Below the pieces are notes generated by a model. The model did no database searches and had not been told where the DNA came from. It was given only the letters and a program-made list of their open reading frames with translations. This document shows positions 47,120-58,500 of a DNA stretch of 64,000 nt, in pieces; the stretch's first letter is position 1, and each line of letters begins with the position of its first letter. The stretch lies in assembly GCA_963664705.1 (NCBI GenBank), contig OY761556.1, positions 1,632,001 to 1,696,000 on the forward strand. Direction: 5' to 3'. A program made the translations under genes and the position numbers. This DNA comes from Acidobacteriota bacterium (GTDB lineage: Bacteria > Acidobacteriota > UBA6911).

Positions 47120-50100
47120 TTACCTCGACAGGGTGTTGGATCGCAGGGCCACGACGTGGCTGTTATTTTCCGGTCTTCGATCAATCATCTTGTGAAACGG
47201 ATCCAGGGCCACAATTCCCGGTTTGCTCAAGGTGCGAATGGTTAATGTCTGTTTGCCGCTGTGAAGCAGATGCTTCGAGATGGAGAGCGGCGCAACTCCC
47301 TCAAGCGGCTCATCGGTTTCTGGAAACAATGCCACATCGAACCATGTGTCGAGCGATTCCTCGGTTTCTTTGCCATGGGCATCTGCTTCGAACTGCCTGG
47401 CCGTGATCTCGATAGTGGTTTCAAATCCGTCGCTGATTTTTCGTGCTTCAGCAGCATCCGCCTGAAGATCATAAAGCACGATTCTCTCGAATAAATCCGT
47501 GATTAGCTGTTGATACTCGGGGCCAGCCTCATCGCGGAGAGCATTGACAACATCCCTTGACGTTGGGGGTGGCGATGTCCGGAAGGAGTAATCCTGCAAA
47601 AAACGACGCAGGGCATGATGGAGCTTTTCCTTGCCGAGTATATCTTGCAGCGCATACATGACCAACGGACCCTTGCCTCTGAGATAGGCATGATTTTCGG
47701 TGTACATGGCGGGTACTTCGGCTTCGTCCTCTGCTTTCCTGCCATTGAGGTAGCCATTATGTAAACCACGCGCAATCTGATTGGCATAGATCGGCGAGTA
47801 ATATTCCTTAAACAACATCAGCCTGCAATATTCTGCCATGCTTTCAGTCAGCATCCATCGGCCCTGGATTTGAGCTCCTGAGATCCGGTCAGCCCACCAC
47901 ATGTGTGCAAGTTCGTGCATGACGCCCGAATCCGCATTTTGTACGGCTCGCAGGTTGGTGACGAAACCGATGGCTTCAGAATAGGGAATAATGCCCGGCT
48001 GGAATTGCGCTGCCGTGCGATAGCGCGCATACTCCAGGATGCGCAGGTAGGAGTACTGATAGGGCGCAAATTCCCGGGAATAATACTCCAATGCGCGTTT
48101 GGCTGTCTCCATCATAGCGGGGATGTTGAATGGGTGTTTGGGGTCGTAATAGATTTCCAGTAATACGTCCTTCCATTTGTCGCGTGCAATACGGTAACGC
48201 GCCGAGCAGAACGAGAGGTTTGGAAGAATCGGCTGCTCAGCCCTGTAGTGAAAATAATGCCGCCCTCCCTGATACCATTCGCGCAGCAAGGCTCCCGGAG
48301 CCACTGCAATCTGATCGCCGCTGGTGCTGAGAACAATCTGGAATGCGCTACGGCTGTCGATTCCCATGGCCAAACTATCCGAGTGGGCCGGATCTCCCAG
48401 TCGTGGCACGCGAGGCGTCGGGGGCAAGCCGTATTTGCGACGCTGCGCATTGTCGGTCATCTTGCGAAAATTGTCATAGCCTGGGATCGGCATTGCGCGA
48501 AAGCCGCTTACGTATGTGCCATTGGCCACAATTTCATTGTCGGGATTGGCCGTAAATCCGTCGTTCCTTCGGGATACATTCCAAGTAAGCTTAATGGAGC
48601 TACCAGGTGGTAATGCAGTGTTGAGCCTGTAGAGATAGAATCCCTGGGCTTTGTCGGATCGCACCATGGATGCATCCGCTAGCTGGATCTGATTTACTCG
48701 CAGCCCCGGGTCGATAGACAAAACAAACTCATTGATGGGCGTTTTCTTGTGATTTCCCAGCATTGCACTGCCTCGCGATTCGAGCCGACGCTCTTCTGGG
48801 AAGATATCGATGGCCATATCGATGCTGTCAAAGGACGGTGCGGGTAAGTTTTCATAGCGACCGTATTCCTTTTCATAATCGGCTCGATACCGCAGTTGCT
48901 GATTAGGGGTCTTGTACTCATTGAGGATGTCGGTGTTGTAAAAGATCCAGCCACCAAGGGCAATGAAGGCGGCTGCTGCGAAACCCGCAAGGAGGCAAAC
49001 ACCGGACCGTACTCGGGATTTTGCATCATGCAGCCTTTCACGAATTGTGGAATAGCTGCTGCATGGGTAGAGCAGGTGTCCGGCAACCACGCAAAGGACA
49101 CAGAAGGCTCCCAAGTAACCGATCCGCATGAAAGCGGGCTTGGCGAAATGGCCAAAGCCATTCATATCGGAATAGATGACGGGGATGGTGAAGTTGCACA
49201 GAATGTGGTCGAAGCCGAGTGGCGCCAGGCTCAACAGCGCGATATAGGTGCACAGTGTCAGAAGCATCCCCACCCATCTGTTTGCTGAGATGGCCTGAAT
49301 AACGACAGCCAGAGTGCAGAGCATGCAGAAGTAAATGCCGCTATAAATAAATGCGGATTGAAAGTATAAACCAAGTTCAAAGTGGGTATAGCCTGCCGAG
49401 GCCTGCAGAACCACTAACGTTAGTACCGCCGTAAGCATCAGCGCATGGACAACAATACACGTAGCTCCGATTTTGGAAAGGAGCATTAGCCAATCTGGGC
49501 AAGGCGACGCGCTGACAATTTCGAAAACTCCGGAGGTACGCTCGCGATGGATCAATTCTGCGGAATACCAAAGGCCGACAAGCAGGATGAACTGAATTGA
49601 CTCACCCAGGAAGGGGAGCATAAGGCTGGTCAGCGGATACAGCGGATAGTCTATAAAAAAGTGCTGAACATTGCCTCGAAATTCACTGATCAGCATCGCG
49701 ATCTGGAGGACCAGAATGATGTAAATGAGTGGGTTCTTGAACACGCAAGATAAATCCATTTTCGTCTGTGAGATGAATTTCCGGAATGGACCTTGCGCAG
49801 AGAATCCGGATATTGGAATGATCGGTTGAATTGCAGGCACATGAACTCGATGCGGTGTGGCAGATCCATGCGTTCGTCGCTTGAAATAAAGTGGGACCCC
49901 ATCTTTCAGGGCCAGATTGAACCGCAGCGTTGTCAGCAACAGGATGAGCATTGCCGCGATCAGCCAGAGAAGGCGATTCTGGGGCAGCAGTCCAATCGGA
50001 AGACTTGCGTTGAGTTCGGTGGGTGTCCAGAATCGCGTCTCCGCTGCAACGGTAAGTCTGGCCACCGGATCAGCCAGGGAAGCCCATGTCCCGGTTTCGA

Positions 50101-50695
50101 GCCTTGCATAACCATTCAGGAAGAGATCGGCCACGAAAAAGGCCATGGCTGCGCCATAGGTTACGGCAAAAGAACGGGTCAACGCGGCAACGCTGAAAAA
50201 TATGGCGCATAAAACGGCTGTATTAGGCAGGAGGATGACAAAAAAAATGTAGGCCCAGGGAAGCGGAGAAAAGGGAATGATGCGAGCCTGATCCAGCCAG
50301 GGCATAAAGGTGCCGATCATAGTGCCCAGAAGTCCCGCGAGACTGATAAGTATCGACAAAAATAGAGCTCCGAAAAATCTTCCCAGCACAAAACTCTTGG
50401 GTGGGATCGGTGCGGCATAGACAAGTGGAGCGGTTGCATGTTCGAAATCGCGCGTGATGGCTGTGGTGACAAACGCCAGGATGGGCAGCATGCCAAATAT
50501 AAAAAGCAGCAGTTCAGTCTGCAGCAGGACATAAATGCCATTGAGAGCCAGCTGGTTGCCGAAGTCAAGGTTGATGCCCGTGCCGGTAATCGACAGAAAG
50601 TGAATGAGCGCAAATATCAGCAGTGCGCCGAGGAAGAATGGAGAGCGGAGCTGGTAACCAATCTCGAACCGCGTGATTTCCAGAATTGTGCGCAT
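47120..50695 (-). CDS. ABC-2 permease / M1 aminopeptidase fusion
   Basis: ~12 TM helices, YSDMNGFG, IPYSEAIGF, HELAHMWW-x-E (HEXXH..E), Y..G..VMYAL. Confidence 0.9.
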   Translation of the reverse strand: MRTILEITRFEIGYQLRSPFFLGALLIFALIHFLSITGTGINLDFGNQLALNGIYVLLQTELLLFIFGMLPILAFVTTAITRDFEHATAPLVYAAPIPPKSFVLGRFFGALFLSILISLAGLLGTMIGTFMPWLDQARIIPFSPLPWAYIFFVILLPNTAVLCAIFFSVAALTRSFAVTYGAAMAFFVADLFLNGYARLETGTWASLADPVARLTVAAETRFWTPTELNASLPIGLLPQNRLLWLIAAMLILLLTTLRFNLALKDGVPLYFKRRTHGSATPHRVHVPAIQPIIPISGFSAQGPFRKFISQTKMDLSCVFKNPLIYIILVLQIAMLISEFRGNVQHFFIDYPLYPLTSLMLPFLGESIQFILLVGLWYSAELIHRERTSGVFEIVSASPCPDWLMLLSKIGATCIVVHALMLTAVLTLVVLQASAGYTHFELGLYFQSAFIYSGIYFCMLCTLAVVIQAISANRWVGMLLTLCTYIALLSLAPLGFDHILCNFTIPVIYSDMNGFGHFAKPAFMRIGYLGAFCVLCVVAGHLLYPCSSYSTIRERLHDAKSRVRSGVCLLAGFAAAAFIALGGWIFYNTDILNEYKTPNQQLRYRADYEKEYGRYENLPAPSFDSIDMAIDIFPEERRLESRGSAMLGNHKKTPINEFVLSIDPGLRVNQIQLADASMVRSDKAQGFYLYRLNTALPPGSSIKLTWNVSRRNDGFTANPDNEIVANGTYVSGFRAMPIPGYDNFRKMTDNAQRRKYGLPPTPRVPRLGDPAHSDSLAMGIDSRSAFQIVLSTSGDQIAVAPGALLREWYQGGRHYFHYRAEQPILPNLSFCSARYRIARDKWKDVLLEIYYDPKHPFNIPAMMETAKRALEYYSREFAPYQYSYLRILEYARYRTAAQFQPGIIPYSEAIGFVTNLRAVQNADSGVMHELAHMWWADRISGAQIQGRWMLTESMAEYCRLMLFKEYYSPIYANQIARGLHNGYLNGRKAEDEAEVPAMYTENHAYLRGKGPLVMYALQDILGKEKLHHALRRFLQDYSFRTSPPPTSRDVVNALRDEAGPEYQQLITDLFERIVLYDLQADAAEARKISDGFETTIEITARQFEADAHGKETEESLDTWFDVALFPETDEPLEGVAPLSISKHLLHSGKQTLTIRTLSKPGIVALDPFHKMIDRRPENNSHVVALRSNTLSR

Positions 50696-50700
50696 TCGTT

Positions 50701-51582
50701 CTACTCCAGATTGTCCTTCAGATTGTGTGCAATCAAGGTGTCGAAGTAGACATCTTCCAGTTCTGGCTCGGCAGGTTGCATTCCCGCGGGATGCATGTCG
50801 GAGATTACTCGAATTTCAATGAAGCCGGCTTTGAGACGTGTGGATAGAACTGTGTGGCGGGTTCGAATCGCGGCAACTTCTTCGCGGTTGATCGTCTGCG
50901 TCCACAATCTGCCGCGCATTTCGCGAATCATTTGCACTGGCTCGCCTACTTTCAGAATACGTCCCCGTCCCATGATAGCGACAAGCGAGCAGAGTTCTTC
51001 GACGTCGTCGACAATATGAGTCGAGAGAATCACCACCCTCTCTTGGCCAACCTCTGACAGTACATTCAGGAAACGTCGCCGCTCTGCCGGATCCAGCCCT
51101 GCGGTCGGTTCATCGACAATCAGAAGCGCAGGGTTGCCCAATAAGGCCTGGGCAATTCCATAACGCTGCTTCATCCCTCCCGAAAACTTGTCAATGCTCT
51201 TGTTTCGGGCATCCCAAAGATTGGTTTTGATTAGCAGGTCTTCTACAGTTTGACGCTGCTGATCGCCATGAATGCCTTTCAAAGCCGCAAAGTGATTGAG
51301 CATTGTAAGTGCAGAAGTGCGTGGATAGGCGCCGAACTCCTGTGGCAGGTAACCAAGCTGGCGGCGCAGGGCGAGCTTGTCCTGCATAACATCGATTCCA
51401 TTGAATCGGATGGAACCGCAGTCGGGTTGCTGCAGTGTGGCGAGCGTTCGGATCAGCGTTGATTTGCCTGCGCCGTTTGGGCCAAGCAGTCCGAACATCC
51501 CTCTTGGTATATCAAGGTGAACATCCTGAAGCGCATGCACTCCGCCTGGATAGGTTTTTGATATTCCGATCAGATTCAGCAT
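50701..51582 (-). CDS. ABC transporter ATP-binding protein
   Basis: GPNGAGKST, FSGGMKQR, IVDEPTAGLD, LSTH. Confidence 0.95.
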   Translation of the reverse strand: MLNLIGISKTYPGGVHALQDVHLDIPRGMFGLLGPNGAGKSTLIRTLATLQQPDCGSIRFNGIDVMQDKLALRRQLGYLPQEFGAYPRTSALTMLNHFAALKGIHGDQQRQTVEDLLIKTNLWDARNKSIDKFSGGMKQRYGIAQALLGNPALLIVDEPTAGLDPAERRRFLNVLSEVGQERVVILSTHIVDDVEELCSLVAIMGRGRILKVGEPVQMIREMRGRLWTQTINREEVAAIRTRHTVLSTRLKAGFIEIRVISDMHPAGMQPAEPELEDVYFDTLIAHNLKDNLE

Positions 51583-51909
51583 ATTTCACCATTACGGATA
51601 ATCGGTTTCAGTGCACCATTGCCAAAAAAGGAATGCATGAGGTTGATGGCCCGAGAAGAGGATCCGAATCAACTGCAAATGATCGGAAACCACGCGCAAC
51701 ATAGGCCAAATCTATAAGACGTGGGAGGCCTCAAAATATTACAGCTTCAGGTAAGTAATATTTAAGCCATACCTGTGATATATAGAAACGCACCGGAATA
51801 TATTTTCCGAAAGACTCACACGGATATCCGATGACAGCTGGATGGCGGACTTCACCGCGCATCTTGGGCGCGTTGCCAAACCAATTATTGAGATGAAACG
51901 AGGGATGGT

Positions 51910-53613
51910 ATGCGTAAATGGACTATTGCGCTTTTCATAGGGAGCCTTATTGTCCTGGCAAGTTTCAATCCTTGCCTGGCTCAATCGGGCAGGAAGGTTG
52001 CGGAGCCTCGGTTCAGGGTGCTCAACCCATGGGCGGAGGTGGACCCGATCGCACAGCGTGGAATCTCTCCAAGGCTGGATACGCTGGCGGGTAAGAAGAT
52101 AGGGCTCTTTTCCAACTTCAAGCGGGCGGCCCGACCCATTGTCGTGGAAGTTGAAAAGAGATTGAAGGCAATGTACCCGGACAGCGAAATCAGTTTCTTT
52201 GAGTCCCGTGGCGCCAATGTTGTGGAAACCGAAACAAAGAACCGCGAGCAGTTCAGCGCATGGGCAAAGCGTGTTGATGCCGTTGTCCTGGCGGTTGGCG
52301 ATTGAGGGTCCTGCACAAAGTTCCTCGTATATAACGGAATTGCTATCGAGGACTTTGGCCGGCCGGTTGTGCTACTGGCCAACAGGGGTTTTGTTACGGA
52401 TGCTCATTCAGCGGCATCGAGCCGAGGAATGGGCGGAATCCGCGTTCTGGGTACATCCATCCCATGCGAAACAAATGTAAAATCCGAAATTGAAGCAGGT
52501 GTTGCCGCCGCCATGCCTCGCATCGTCGAAGGATTGACCAGCGCGCTGACATCCGAAGAGAAATTTCCCAAACAGCAGATTGCCGTATCCCCGCGCATTG
52601 CATTTGTCGGAAGCTACGCGGAAGTGAACCGTTTCTTCTATAAAAATGGCTGGACCGATGGCCTTGCTATTGCGCCGCCGACGGAAACGGCCGTTGCAGA
52701 GATGATGACGGGGACGGATTTGCCACCAGGCCACATCGTAGGGAAGCTGATACCAAGGTTAGGAAAGGTCACGATTGAAAAAATTGCTATCAATGCGGTA
52801 ATGGCCGGCGCGCTTCCCACGCATATGCCGGTACTGATAGCGGCGGTGCAGGCGATGATGGATCAGCGGTCAAGGTTTGATACATTCGAAGTAAGTACTG
52901 GATCCTGGGCACCGTTCTTTGTCATCAATGGACCGATTCGGAATGATATCCATGTCAACTGTAGTTCCGGTGCACTAAGCCCCGGCAACATCGCAAATGC
53001 ATCCATTGGACGCGCCTTGGGTCTGATCGCAAAGAATATCGGCGGCGCGCGAAAAGGCGTGGAAGACATGGGTGTTTTTGGAAACCCGGGAAAATACAGT
53101 CTGGTTCTTGGAGAGTACGAGGAGGAAAGTCCGTGGGATCCGCTCCATGTCGATGGTGGTTTTAAAAAGGAAGATAGCACGTTGACATTTTTCCTGCCCA
53201 ATACGTATATCCAGACCATCCCGCGCGATACCAATGCCAAGGGTTTCGTCGAGACATATGCAAGTCTGAATCCTGGCAGCATGTCCTGCCTGCTGATCGT
53301 TCCATCTCATGCCAAAGTGCTGGCAAGCGAAGGTTGGACAAAAAAGAAAATCAAAGAATATATCCTGGAAAATTCGGCGCCGCCCTTTCCGACGGTTCAG
53401 GGCGGGCAGGGAACTCCAATCCAGCCGACCAAACTCAGCGCGGATGATCTTATGATTGTGGTGGCCGGCGGACCCGGCGCCTGGATCGGATTGTTGCGTA
53501 GTGCCGGTGGCTGGGAAAATAGTTTTGTCACAAAGAAGATACAGCTTCCGCGTGACTGGGACAAATTGGTATCCAAGTACAAAAATATTGTTCCTAACTA
53601 CGTAGGTTACTGA
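51910..53613 (+). CDS. UGSC-family selenoprotein (567 aa, Sec132 at TGA 52303-52305) with signal peptide
   Basis: ORFs 51910-52305 and 52369-53613 are in one frame, joined by GTT GGC GAT TGA GGG TCC TGC (VGD-U-GSC) with no other stop. C-terminal part has GWTDGL...PPT, KIAINAVMAG, ANASIGRA, GNPGKY, EEESPW. Confidence 0.85.
52316..52357 (+). promoter_or_regulatory. Putative bacterial SECIS element
   Basis: Stem CAAAGT(T)CCTCG...CGAGGACTTTG with G-containing apical region, separated from the UGA by 10 nt. Confidence 0.6.
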
Positions 53614-53872
53614 CTATTTGCCTTTATTCCCTTTTGGGGGGCGAACCCAATTGCGGTGAAATTTGATTTTTTTCGGGGTCCGACCTCAGGGTTCTGTGAT
53701 AGCATCGGCGCAAGTACAAAGGCAAAAACATAAAACATCTTATCCGGGCGGCCGGGAATTGCTCGATAGGAGATGGCTTTAAAACCTGGCCATTATTCTT
53801 CCCGCCAGCCTAGATTGCGCTTTAACTGTATTAGATCGTTCGCGAACGTAAACAGAAGGAGGCGAGATCCAA

Positions 53873-54364
53873 ATGGCCGAAACCAAGTATGGGAAGTACA
53901 TTATCAAGGAACCTATGGAAAAGGGGCGGATGGCGCCATCGATCCATATATGTGCTGAGGATGGATGCCTTGGTGCACCTTTTTCCGGGTTTCCGGTTGA
54001 AGTTCAGTTGCTTACGATTACCGAACCGCTCTCATTTCCGCATCCCCCGCATATGCACGATGCCGATGAGCTCTTTTTCATCTTTGGGAGTAATCCCAAG
54101 AACTACTACGATTTCGATGCTGAGATCGAGATTTATTTCGGCGAGGAGAGAGAAAAGCATATCGTAAACTCCACCTCCATTGTCTACGTTCCCAAAGGCG
54201 TGTTGCACAGCCCGATTGCCATTACCAAGGTGAACAAGCCCTTCCAGTGGATGCATGTTCTCTTTACCCCCAAATATGACATGGCAAAGGGTGATGTAAC
54301 GCAGCATCCCTCTCATCCTCGTGAGAAATATACGATTGAGGAAATTAAGAATCTAAAGGGTTGA
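53873..54364 (+). CDS. Cupin-fold protein
   Basis: PH.HDADE..F.G.NP, VYVPKGVLHSP. Confidence 0.75.
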   Translation: MAETKYGKYIIKEPMEKGRMAPSIHICAEDGCLGAPFSGFPVEVQLLTITEPLSFPHPPHMHDADELFFIFGSNPKNYYDFDAEIEIYFGEEREKHIVNSTSIVYVPKGVLHSPIAITKVNKPFQWMHVLFTPKYDMAKGDVTQHPSHPREKYTIEEIKNLKG

Positions 54365-54543
54365 TGGACTTCGGAACCGGAGAAGACTGAACCCAGATCT
54401 CACGCGCGAGGGCTCAAATCCAGACTCGATTTTTGGGCCTTCGCGTTGATTTGCCCGCCCTGTTTTATCTTGACAAAGACCCGCCCGGATAGCGTTATAT
54501 CTGACGCAAGAAGCAAACAACCAATCAATTGGGAGTCATTGGA

Positions 54544-55518
54544 ATGAAAGTCAAAATTTTACTTATGCTTACTGCGGTCATCGGAATGATCGCCTTATCT
54601 GGAACGGCTGCCCCGGCCCAATGCGATCGTCAATGTTTGGAAAAGATGATGAAAGATTACGTTGCGGCCATGGTGAAGCACGATCCTTCATCGCTTCCAT
54701 TTGCAGGCAATGTAAGGTTTACCGAGAATTCAGAAAAGACCATCGACGTACTGCCTATCGGGAAAGGGCTCTGGCAAACCGCTTCGTCAGGTCCGGACAG
54801 TTTTCAGATTTATGCCGCCGATCCGGTGGAACATGCAGCCGCCTGTCTTGCCATGATGAAAGAAAACGGCAAGGATATTTATTTCGGAGCCCGGATCAAA
54901 CTGAGTGAGGACGGCAAAATCACGGAAGTGGAACACATTGTTGTCCGGAATCAGCAATCGATGCCCACGCTTGTGAAGCCGCGCCCTGGCCTTTTGGAAG
55001 ATGTCTCCCCGGCCGAGCGGATGAAGCATTGGGATCTCGTTGGGATCGGGCTTTCCTATTATGATGCGCTGACCGGGGAAGACGGCACGCTGGCTCCATT
55101 CGCAAAAGGCTGTGAACGGCATGAAAACGGAATGATCACCGCTGGTGGCGCACCCGCTCCGAAAGATCAGACAATCCCTGGAGTCAAGCTCGATCCCGCA
55201 ATGGCGAAGATGCCGAGAGACTGCACGGGACAACTCAGCACCGGAACGTTCGCGTACATTACGGAAGTCAAGCCTCGACGCCTTGTCCTGGCCGATGTAC
55301 AGAAGGGAATCGCGGTCGGCTTTTCAATGTTCTATCACACCGGGGAATTGAAAACGATGAAGATCAAGGGAGTCCCCGGAGTTACCGAAATTCCGTCTTT
55401 TGATCAGCGATTTAATCTGCCCGCCATCCATTTCTTTAAGATCAGAAAGGGTCAGATTTATGAGATCGAGGCAGTTGGAACCATGATGCCTTATGGTATT
55501 TCGTCCAATTGGGAATAG
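54544..55518 (+). CDS. Secreted hypothetical protein, paralog of 13665-14546
   Basis: Signal peptide; CDRQCL, HDP, FTEN, GKGLWQTA, CERHENG, FKIRKGQIYEIEA. Confidence 0.75.
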   Translation: MKVKILLMLTAVIGMIALSGTAAPAQCDRQCLEKMMKDYVAAMVKHDPSSLPFAGNVRFTENSEKTIDVLPIGKGLWQTASSGPDSFQIYAADPVEHAAACLAMMKENGKDIYFGARIKLSEDGKITEVEHIVVRNQQSMPTLVKPRPGLLEDVSPAERMKHWDLVGIGLSYYDALTGEDGTLAPFAKGCERHENGMITAGGAPAPKDQTIPGVKLDPAMAKMPRDCTGQLSTGTFAYITEVKPRRLVLADVQKGIAVGFSMFYHTGELKTMKIKGVPGVTEIPSFDQRFNLPAIHFFKIRKGQIYEIEAVGTMMPYGISSNWE

Positions 55519-55544
55519 AACGGTTTTGAGCGTCTGGATTTCAA

Positions 55545-55579
55545 AACGCCACGGATTGGGATTCCCGGTCCGTGGCGTT
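55545..55579. terminator. Hairpin between convergent genes (probable bidirectional terminator)
   Basis: AACGCCACGGATTGGG-ATT-CCCGGTCCGTGGCGTT. Confidence 0.65.
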
Positions 55580-55593
55580 GCTGTTTTCGAAGC

Positions 55594-58500
55594 CTACGGA
55601 GTTTTTATGGAATACAGGCTGGAGGCGGTTAGAATGAAAAGAGTCTTCCGATCGCGCCCTCCAAATATGATCTGCAGCGGGCGTTCCGGTATGCGAACAG
55701 TTCCGATCAGTTTTCCCGCAGGATCGTATACAAATAGTTGGCCTGCTGCCAGCCAGACATTGCCATGTATGTCCTGGGAAAGGCTTTCTCCGCCCTGTTC
55801 TGCGAAAATCTCCAGACTGGAAAGTGTTCCATCAGGATTGACGGTGCCACGATAGGTTCTTTGTTCGGATTCATTCATTACGTAAAAGGGGCGCCCTGGA
55901 ACCGCCTCTACAAACCCAAACGTCTGAAGCGAGTGTTCCCATTTGTAGCCGAGATAAGACGGTCCCTGCACAAACACGTCGTCAACCGGAATGAAGGTTT
56001 TTCGGTCGGGCGAAACGTATTGGAAAGGAGTCCGTGTCGTCACCAATTTTCGGAACATGTCTTCAAGCGAGAGATACAGATAAGTGTTCGTGTCGAGCGT
56101 ATTGGTAAAATCCCCATTGACCCAAAAACTGGCAGGCAGAAGCGCGGTCATGCCCGGTCGTTCTGTTGCCGGTTCTCGTGTCAAAGGCGTGATCGCTTCC
56201 TCAGGGCCGTCCGGATGGAATGAGTAGACGGCCATGCCGGGCCCGCCGGACGACACAACCATCAGGTTGCCGCTCTTGTCGAAGGCCAGGTTTACGGGGC
56301 TTAGAGGATTATCCCGGACGACCGACAGTTGCCTGGTTTCGGGCGTCCAGCGATAAATTCGATGCCACCGGGTATCCACAAAATAGAGGCGTCCAACGGC
56401 ATCCACTGCTGCACCGGAAATGTTGAAGAAGCCGGAGGCCAGTTTCTCAGCCGCGACGCCGGCAAGCCCTTTCACGGCCGGCCACGTCAAGGTCGTTTTG
56501 CTCTCATTGCCGTTTACATCCAGGAATGCAAACTCCCGATCCCTGACCTCGAGGTTCCGCACAGGATCAAAGATGCAGGTGCTATAGGAAAATTTGCTGG
56601 ACCGGACATACTGCCTGCATTCGCCTGTTTCCGGACAGTAGGCCATGGAGCTGTTGCTGTCGACGTGGATATTGCGGAACCGGATATTGCTTGAGCCCTC
56701 AATAAGGATGGAGTAGGGAAAAGGGCGCAGACTTCTGACAACGCGGTAGCCATGGAAATTTGCAATCGTGATGTTTTTTGATGCCCTGATTTCGAGCGAT
56801 GAGGCCGCCTCGCTTTCCCACCGCTCTCCTTCCGTCTGCAGCGCATAAATTTCCCAATTTTCCACATGATCCAGTTTTGCCTCAGTCCTCACGTGATGCT
56901 CGCTCGAGATTTGATAAATTCGTCCCGGCGTGGATGTGTCAGAAATATAGAGGCCCGTGTGGGCAAAGGTGCTTGGTGTCCAGAGGTTGGCAAAGGTTCC
57001 GCCACCGCCGTGGGTAATCCAGAGACTCGGATATTGACTGTCCCACATGCGCCGCGGATCCGGATCTCCGGTCAGGTTGGTATTATAGGGGTTCTCGCGT
57101 TTGCCATTGGGGCCGTTTGTTCCGTGCCCTCCGAGGAACCGTACGTCGTCCATGGCCGACTCTTTCCCGGCCATCCACATGGCTCCAACCGCGCGGCTGT
57201 TGATGCCTCCGGTATAAAGCCCAATGCCTGTGACGATGTTCTTGCCATCGCGAGGTGCCAGCAATAGCGGTTTCGGCGATCCGACTCCCTGGAACCCCGG
57301 CGTAGAATCCAGCAAATCAATCTGCGTTTGATCCGGATGCAGGCCAATGAGGACGGTATCGGGCTTCAGTTCAATCGTGTCTTTGACCACATAATTTCCC
57401 ATTGGGAAGTAGAGGATCCGGTGCTCAGAGATGGCTTTTTTCAGTGCCGCGGTATCGTCGGACACGCCGTCCCCCTGCAGTCCCAGGGATCGCACATTGG
57501 TCCACAATTCACAGGGCGGCAGCCTGGGCATTCGGCCGAGAGAATCGGGCGGCAATAGTTTCGTCTGTGGCTGTGCACTGTAAACCGTTTCGATCTTTCC
57601 CATGGCGCCCATTTTCGAGAGCCTGAGACCATGCGACAGCATTTGAACGGAGTAGGAAGCGGCCGGGCCGTTCATCTGCCGGCCGCTCTCACGAAATCGT
57701 GCAAATACCGGGACAGCCCGACAATCGGCGTCTTCGATATTAATCTGTGTCAGGCGACTGTTTTCATTACTGATAACAATGGCTGCGCCGCTGAGGCTTT
57801 CAAAGCGGGAATCCTTTACCCACAACTGGTCGGAGTAATTGCGATCGATCACGATGGCATCGGGAAGATTTCGGAATTCACAATGGAGGACGGTGAGTTG
57901 AGCCTCGTTTTCGCGAATTGCTGCTTCCCTCTGCCCGTCAAATGTCGAGTCGATGAGGACGTAGGGCCATGCAGGCGAAGGTTTACGGGTCAATATTCCA
58001 TAGCGTCCGCCATGGAAGTGCAGGTCCTGCCCGAAATTTCCAATGTCATTGAGGGCTGCAAGGCCGGAGCCAATGTGAAAATCCATGTGGGCGAGATAGC
58101 CGTGCTGTGCAACATGGAAGCGCACGGCGACGGCGGCTGCATTGCCTTCCCCGATCTCGAAATCGATGTTGCTCATCGCAGAATAAAAGGTGCCCGAGTT
58201 CGCATCCGAGACGTTCGGTTTTGGCGGGTAGATACCGGGTGGAGGCGGCGGCAGGCGAAAGCTGCCTCCCTCACGCGTGCGTGCGCCCGCGAAAAAAAAC
58301 ATCGTTGCCATTCCCTGCTGAAACCCTGGTGTATGGCTCTGGAGAAGGAAAATGGGTCGTTTATTGCCGTAGCCGATTACCCGGATCCCAGGCCAGACAA
58401 AGATGGTTCGGGTAATCCGGTATTGCCCTTGCGGGACAAAGAGAATCCCCTCACCCATTGTTTCCTGTACGCGGTCTATTGCGTCCTGAATCCCCTGGCT

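Noticed and set aside
52369-53613. Independent 414-aa gene, with a separate 131-aa gene upstream
   Set aside because: Better explained as one selenoprotein read through UGA 52303-52305.
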